The notes below the pieces were generated by a model, which was not told where the DNA came from, ran no database searches, and saw nothing but the letters and a program-made list of their open reading frames with translations. The translations under genes were made by a program, and so were the position numbers. This document shows, piece after piece, positions 47,030-52,379 of a stretch of 52,379 nucleotides of DNA; position 1 is the first letter of the stretch, and each line of letters begins with the position of its first letter. This DNA is from Candidatus Thorarchaeota archaeon (GTDB lineage Archaea; Asgardarchaeota; Thorarchaeia; Thorarchaeales; Thorarchaeaceae), in assembly GCA_048884785.1 (NCBI GenBank), contig JBHLQM010000013.1, positions 1 to 52,379 of the forward strand. The letters run 5' to 3'.

Positions 47030-47320
47030 TTAGCCAGTTCGCTTTATGATGTGATATCCGAATTCTGTTTTCACAGGGTCATTGGTCATCTGTCCCACAT
47101 TCAGAGCAAAAGCCGCTTTCTCAAATCCAGCTACCATTTGCCCTTTACTGAAATAGCCGAGGTCCCCACCCCTTTTCTTGGATGGACAAGAGCTGTAGTT
47201 TCTTGCCATCTCTGCGAAATTCGCTCCTTCGCGTATCTTGGTGATGATTTCCAACGCTTCACTATGCTTTTCAACAAGAATGTGACTTACTCGAGCTTTC
47301 CCTGGTTTTCCTTTTGCCAA
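47030..47320 (-). CDS. ppiC: Parvulin-type peptidyl-prolyl cis-trans isomerase
   Basis: SHILV, FAEMARNYSSCPSKKRGGDLG, QMVAGFEKAAF, VKTEFGYHII. Confidence 0.93.
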   Translation of the reverse strand: MAKGKPGKARVSHILVEKHSEALEIITKIREGANFAEMARNYSSCPSKKRGGDLGYFSKGQMVAGFEKAAFALNVGQMTNDPVKTEFGYHIIKRTG

Positions 47321-47475
47321 TCTTCATTCCTCGTTGCTTCTCTGAGAAACAATATCCTGTTTATGAATGCTCTGAATCCAAGAGCACTCATTAAGCAGTT
47401 GCACCTACTTGGTATAATAGAAGGATTTTATCTTCATGTTTGTCGTATGTTTCCACGCAGGAGGAATGAAAGAAC

Positions 47476-48516
47476 ATGAGAGCCAGTCTTTTTCACAGGC
47501 ATGGTGGTCCTGAAGTCTTGGAATATACTGAATTTCCGACACCCGAACCGACGCCGTCTCAAGTTTTAGTCGAGGTCAAAGCTACTGCATTGAATCATTT
47601 GGACCTCTTTGTGAGGAATGGTATTTCAGGTTTAAATTTGGAGATGCCACATATTCTTGGTAGTGATATTTCTGGGATTGTCAAACAGGTTGGAAAATCG
47701 GTTGATCATGAGATAGATGTGGGTGAGAAAGTGATCATCGACCCTGGGCTTTCCTGCGGCAAGTGTGAGTTTTGTAGAATGGGTGAAGAATCCCTGTGTC
47801 CGTCGTACCAAATCATTGGAGAACATGTTCGCGGTGGTTATGCAGAGTACATAGCTATAGACGCTCAGAATATAATACCTGTTCCAGTATACAGCGGACT
47901 AGATTATGTAGAGTCTGCCGCAGTTCCGCTCACTTTCTTGACTGCTTGGAGGCTTCTGGTTTCAAAGGGCAGAATCAAACCCGGTGATGATTTATTAATC
48001 ATCGGAATTGGCGGTGGAGTCGCAGTTGCGGCACTTCAAATCGCAAAAACCGCGGGTGCTCGAGTTTATGTAACAAGCTCATCAGATACAAAGCTTGAGA
48101 GTGCACGGCTTCTTGGTGCAGATTTTGTAATCAATCATATCACAACTCCAGAATATCATAAAGAAGTAAAGAAGCTGACAGATGGTCGCGGTGTTGATAT
48201 CGTGTTAGACTCAGTGGGTAGTGCAACATGGGAAAGGAGCTTGAAGAGTCTTAGAAAAGGTGGAAAGCTAGTCACTCCTGGTGCAACTTCAGGTCCATTG
48301 GCGACAACAAATATTAATCTCGTATTTTGGAACCAACTAGAAATACTAGGCAGCACAATGTCCTCTCGTTCAGAGCTACGAGATGTACTGAAGCTAGTGT
48401 GGAGTAAGCGAGTTAGACCTATTGTTGATAGAGTCTTCCCTCTTTCAAAAGCAGCTGAAGCGCACAGAGTATTAGAGAGGGGTGAACAGTTCGGGAAGCT
48501 GATTTTGCGACCTTAA
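47476..48516 (+). CDS. MDR-family oxidoreductase (quinone reductase/ADH-like)
   Basis: ALNHLD and LGSD replace the catalytic Zn ligands; structural-Zn CGKCEFC..C retained; GIGGGVA. Confidence 0.88.
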   Translation: MRASLFHRHGGPEVLEYTEFPTPEPTPSQVLVEVKATALNHLDLFVRNGISGLNLEMPHILGSDISGIVKQVGKSVDHEIDVGEKVIIDPGLSCGKCEFCRMGEESLCPSYQIIGEHVRGGYAEYIAIDAQNIIPVPVYSGLDYVESAAVPLTFLTAWRLLVSKGRIKPGDDLLIIGIGGGVAVAALQIAKTAGARVYVTSSSDTKLESARLLGADFVINHITTPEYHKEVKKLTDGRGVDIVLDSVGSATWERSLKSLRKGGKLVTPGATSGPLATTNINLVFWNQLEILGSTMSSRSELRDVLKLVWSKRVRPIVDRVFPLSKAAEAHRVLERGEQFGKLILRP

Positions 48517-48621
48517 TATCACGCCATCTGAGTATGAGATAAACCTAGTATTACCCTGATACTCATCTCAATCAGACACCCTTTCATTATCATGTAATGT
48601 CAGCAATGTGCTGGTGCATAA

Positions 48622-48852
48622 ATGAGAGTAGTAACTATCTGCATGCCTGAGTCCTATGTCGATGGCGTTGATAAACTCATCAAACAGGGCATGTATCCAA
48701 ATCGCTCAGAAGTGATTCGAATAGCAATACGAGACCTTCTTGTAGAAGAACTCTGGGGCGAAAGAAAACAGAGTAACTCGCTTCCCCTGCTTGCACAGAT
48801 TGAAAAAATCACGGCAAAAGTCCCTGAAGGTATGCCAGGGCCCTCTCAATAA
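48622..48852 (+). CDS. Ribbon-helix-helix regulator (CopG/CdrS-like)
   Basis: MRVVTICMP...GMYPNRSEVIRIAIRDLL. Confidence 0.9.
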   Translation: MRVVTICMPESYVDGVDKLIKQGMYPNRSEVIRIAIRDLLVEELWGERKQSNSLPLLAQIEKITAKVPEGMPGPSQ

Positions 48853-48932
48853 TAGGTATGGCCGAATTAGCTTTTTCTATGGATATGAGAATGCAAGTTT
48901 CGTAAATGGGACCATAAATTGCGGCATACCTA
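48853..48932. other. 80-nt intergenic fold-back element
   Basis: TAGGTATGGCCGAATT / AATTGCGGCATACCTA near-perfect inverted repeat. Confidence 0.55.
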
Positions 48933-48965
48933 ACTGCTTGCAAGTGTGACGTGGTGACATCAAAA

Positions 48966-49544
48966 ATGATGAGAAAGATATTCGGCAGAAAGAAGGACGA
49001 CAAGGAATCCAAAGAGGAAATTGAAGAAGCTCCAGCTGAAGACATTAAGATAGAAGACGAACCAGAAGAAGAACCTGCTATCGAAGAGGTACAAGATGCC
49101 GCTGAAGTTGAGGAGACCAAGCCAACTACTGTGAGCTCGAAACTAACAATACCGTATCACGCCTCATTTAAGGATCGACTGAAATTCATGCTCACAGATG
49201 AAACCTTTTCTTCGTCTATTGAAGCGCCTGATGAGTTCAAACTTGAATTCATGGCTATGGGGGAGAGATTTATGGTTTCGAAGAAACCAATGGGCCAAAT
49301 CGAGATTGCATCTGGCGCAGCACCTGATGAAGATGTTTTCATAAGAGTTGCAAACGACGTAGTATCCGAGCTGCTAAACGCTGCGACATTCTCGGAATTT
49401 TCAGCAGTTTATCTGAAGTACTACAAGAATGCGGAGCCTGGTAAATTTGTGAAGATTGAGCTTCGAAAACCCATAACTGAATTGAATCGACGGGGATATG
49501 CTCGAATTCCGACTCTCAAGCTCTTAATTGGCGCAGCGAGATAA
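48966..49544 (+). CDS. Hypothetical protein: basic amphipathic N-terminus, acidic linker, SCP2-like domain
   Basis: MMRKIFGRKK + E/D-rich linker + ERFMVSK..GQIEIASGAAPDEDVFIRV..VVSELL. Confidence 0.6.
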   Translation: MMRKIFGRKKDDKESKEEIEEAPAEDIKIEDEPEEEPAIEEVQDAAEVEETKPTTVSSKLTIPYHASFKDRLKFMLTDETFSSSIEAPDEFKLEFMAMGERFMVSKKPMGQIEIASGAAPDEDVFIRVANDVVSELLNAATFSEFSAVYLKYYKNAEPGKFVKIELRKPITELNRRGYARIPTLKLLIGAAR

Positions 49545-49576
49545 TGAAACAAGTTTAATATTGGCGTACCAGTAGG

Positions 49577-50307
<731 letters not shown>

Positions 50308-50363
50308 TACCTTCCGGCGGATTTTTCACTATGCTAGAATAGCGATTTTAAGGCGGTATTTAG

Positions 50364-51245
50364 GTGAAGGTAGGTCTAGAGTGCGCACATTGTCTTCTTG
50401 ACAGAGCAATAAACCAGGTGAAACTAGCCACAAATGATGAAGCAGTTCGAATGAGAGTCACTGCAGAAATGTTGAAGATGCTTGGTGAGAAATTCGACTC
50501 GAATTCTGTACCAAGTCACATTGGAACAGAGAGAGACCTTCTTGTTCAGGAGATGACGGGGATTGATCCCTACGCAGAACTCAAACGCATTTCAAACGCC
50601 ATGGCGCTCTCTATTCTTCCCGAGCTCCTAAGAATAGTTGATGAGGAAACTGATGCTGAGATTAGGTTTCGAAAGGCAACCCTGATTGCTGCTGCGGCGA
50701 ATGCAATAGAGTTTGACGTATCCGGACGCAAATTCAATCTTGAGGAGCTTCGAAACATTCTCGAACGGGTTGAATCAGATTTAGCGATTGACCATATTGG
50801 CCGTTTCTTTGATCTATGTCAAAAGACCTCTGAAGTTCTTTATCTGATGGATAATGCTGGAGAAATAGTTCTGGATGTCATTCTAATTCGTGAGATACGA
50901 AAATTGGGTCCAAAAGTGTATGCAGTAGTCAAAGGCGGCCCTGTGCTCAATGATGCAACAAGGATTGACGCTGCAGAAATCGAATTAGAGAAGCATGTTG
51001 ATGCTGTCTATGATACCGGCGGTGCAGCAATCGGAGTTAATCGCGAAAGAGCCTCACAGGAGTTTCTCCATCTCTTTGATTCTGCAGAGCTTATCATTGC
51101 AAAAGGCATGGGGAATTATGAATCACTGACTGAGTTCTCGCCATCTGTTCCTACAGTTCACATAATGAGAACAAAATGCATGCCAGTGGCAAATCACGTT
51201 GGAGTTGAGAGGGATAAGAATGTCATCATGATTCGTGAACCATGA
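50364..51245 (+). CDS. Damage-control phosphatase, DUF89/ARMT1 family
   Basis: ECAHC, DPY..LK..SN, DNAGEIVLD, LNDAT, AKGMGNYESL, KC.PVA. Confidence 0.92.
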   Translation: MKVGLECAHCLLDRAINQVKLATNDEAVRMRVTAEMLKMLGEKFDSNSVPSHIGTERDLLVQEMTGIDPYAELKRISNAMALSILPELLRIVDEETDAEIRFRKATLIAAAANAIEFDVSGRKFNLEELRNILERVESDLAIDHIGRFFDLCQKTSEVLYLMDNAGEIVLDVILIREIRKLGPKVYAVVKGGPVLNDATRIDAAEIELEKHVDAVYDTGGAAIGVNRERASQEFLHLFDSAELIIAKGMGNYESLTEFSPSVPTVHIMRTKCMPVANHVGVERDKNVIMIREP

Positions 51246-51250
51246 AATGA

Positions 51251-52081
51251 CTATTTTCTATCATCTTTGTAGGGTCTGAGTATATGTGTGATCTGATCTG
51301 TTTCAGCGAATTCTATCTTCATTTCGGGGTATTCTGTGCTCAACTGATGTCTGAACCGTTTCATGCCTGGCTCCTCAGTGACAAAGGCCCCCATCTCGAA
51401 CACGTTCACTCCCAACTTGCTTGCTAGAATATGGTCTTTTGGGCATAGCTCTCCAGTGACAATGGTTTTCATTCCATCTTGGAGTGACTGCATCAGCATA
51501 TCTCTTGAGAGAACACTGCCAGCAACAACGAGGACTTCATTGACCTCATCGTCTAGAGACCCTGTGAAACGTATGTTAGGGATGCCTGACTTGCTAGCGA
51601 TATAATTGGCAAAACCTGAATGATTCATCTTGCTCGGAGTTTCACAGACTCTCCCAATGGGGATAAGACTAGAATCGAGTCCACGAATGTTGAATTTTTT
51701 AGAAATGGAGAGATTGAGCAAATCTGAAAGAGCATCTGACAGCCCACTATTGCTTCCTATCCAAGATGTTCCAATAACATAGGTTGAGATATAGTTCTTT
51801 GCGAGGAGTCGAACTTTTACTAAGTCTTGCCCGAATAGTTGTTTAGTTGGGCCTTCGAACATTGGGAGAAAGGAAATAATCAGATTTGCCTTTTCTTGCG
51901 ATGCCTTTGCTATTACCTTGGCTGAAGGAAAGACGGTCACCAATATTCGGTTTATTGTTGTGTTGCTCTGTTCCGCCTTTGTAATCGGTCCAACCTCAAC
52001 ATAGCCCTCTCGGTCAGGAAGTGAGTATTCTTTTGGTGAAATTATGTCAATATGTTTTAGAATATCAAGAAGACTTGTCAT
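51251..52081 (-). CDS. NIF3/YbgI-like protein, degenerate metal site
   Basis: Overall NIF3 layout (INRILVTV, ANLII, IGRVC, VLVVAGS, IVTGE, TEEPGMK) but no HH motif. Confidence 0.75.
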   Translation of the reverse strand: MTSLLDILKHIDIISPKEYSLPDREGYVEVGPITKAEQSNTTINRILVTVFPSAKVIAKASQEKANLIISFLPMFEGPTKQLFGQDLVKVRLLAKNYISTYVIGTSWIGSNSGLSDALSDLLNLSISKKFNIRGLDSSLIPIGRVCETPSKMNHSGFANYIASKSGIPNIRFTGSLDDEVNEVLVVAGSVLSRDMLMQSLQDGMKTIVTGELCPKDHILASKLGVNVFEMGAFVTEEPGMKRFRHQLSTEYPEMKIEFAETDQITHILRPYKDDRK

Positions 52082-52269
52082 TTTCCTCACCTATGCCCAT
52101 CATTCATCAATCAATCTGAATTTCTAACCTCTACCTCTAAAGGGTTCCTGTTTTAAATAAACACTCAATTTGACTATTATCCTATGAATCCTAGAATAGC
52201 CTTGGTTTGTGTGATGAGTTACACTGTAGCATCAAGAACTAGCAAGCTTGTTGGTTGTGTCTGCTAGTA

Positions 52270-52379
52270 CTAATCTGAATCTTCCTCATCTATGTCATCA
52301 TCGAAATCGTAGAGCTCTTCAAGTTCTTCATCAATGACTTCCAGCTCTGGTTCTTCGTCGATTACTTCTAGCTCTGGTT
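52270..52379 (-). CDS. C-terminal acidic tail of a protein starting outside the window
   Basis: Translates ...PELEVIDEEPELEVIDEELEELYDFDDDIDEEDSD*. Confidence 0.7.
   Translation of the reverse strand, partial: PELEVIDEEPELEVIDEELEELYDFDDDIDEEDSD
52324..52377 (-). repeat. 27-nt coding tandem repeat (PELEVIDEE x2, may continue past the edge)
   Basis: ttcttcatcaatgacttccagctctgg / ttcttcgtcgattacttctagctctgg, differing only at synonymous sites. Confidence 0.8.

Noticed and set aside
47364-47390. Imperfect inverted repeat TGAATGCTCT/AGAGCACTCA in the ppiC/MDR divergent gap
   Set aside because: Could be an operator, but it is short and single, with no supporting second copy.

Overview
Gene-dense archaeal chromosomal window. 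It carries archaeal PriL, ABCE1/Rli1, archaeal-type TPI, bifunctional FBP aldolase/phosphatase, DUF763 and Mut7-C. Tandem-Lrp regulators, a 24-aa LRR protein, an RdhA-like Fe-S protein and many C-terminally anchored surface proteins suggest Asgard archaea, probably Thorarchaeia (inference). I found no rRNA, tRNA, CRISPR array or transposase. The most unusual part is a ~14 kb cell-envelope locus (22401-36701). It has two paralogous surface proteins built from a catalytically degenerate M28-peptidase domain, a PPC-like domain, nine Ca-binding TSP3-type repeats, a shared DWxPREHWI motif and a TM anchor. These are transcribed divergently from a MacB/FtsX-type ABC system with two ~965-aa permeases, two ATPases (one fused to an AbrB-like domain and Zn ribbon) and a membrane-bound alpha/beta hydrolase. 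Other notable signals are a canonical K-turn/C-D-box-like RNA at 22249-22315, structured leaders upstream of fbp and tpiA, an ABCE1 with a Cys-to-Glu change in its Fe-S motif, a NIF3 homologue lacking metal ligands, and a CdrS-like RHH gene next to an SCP2-like protein. All family assignments come from motif recognition by eye, not database searches.
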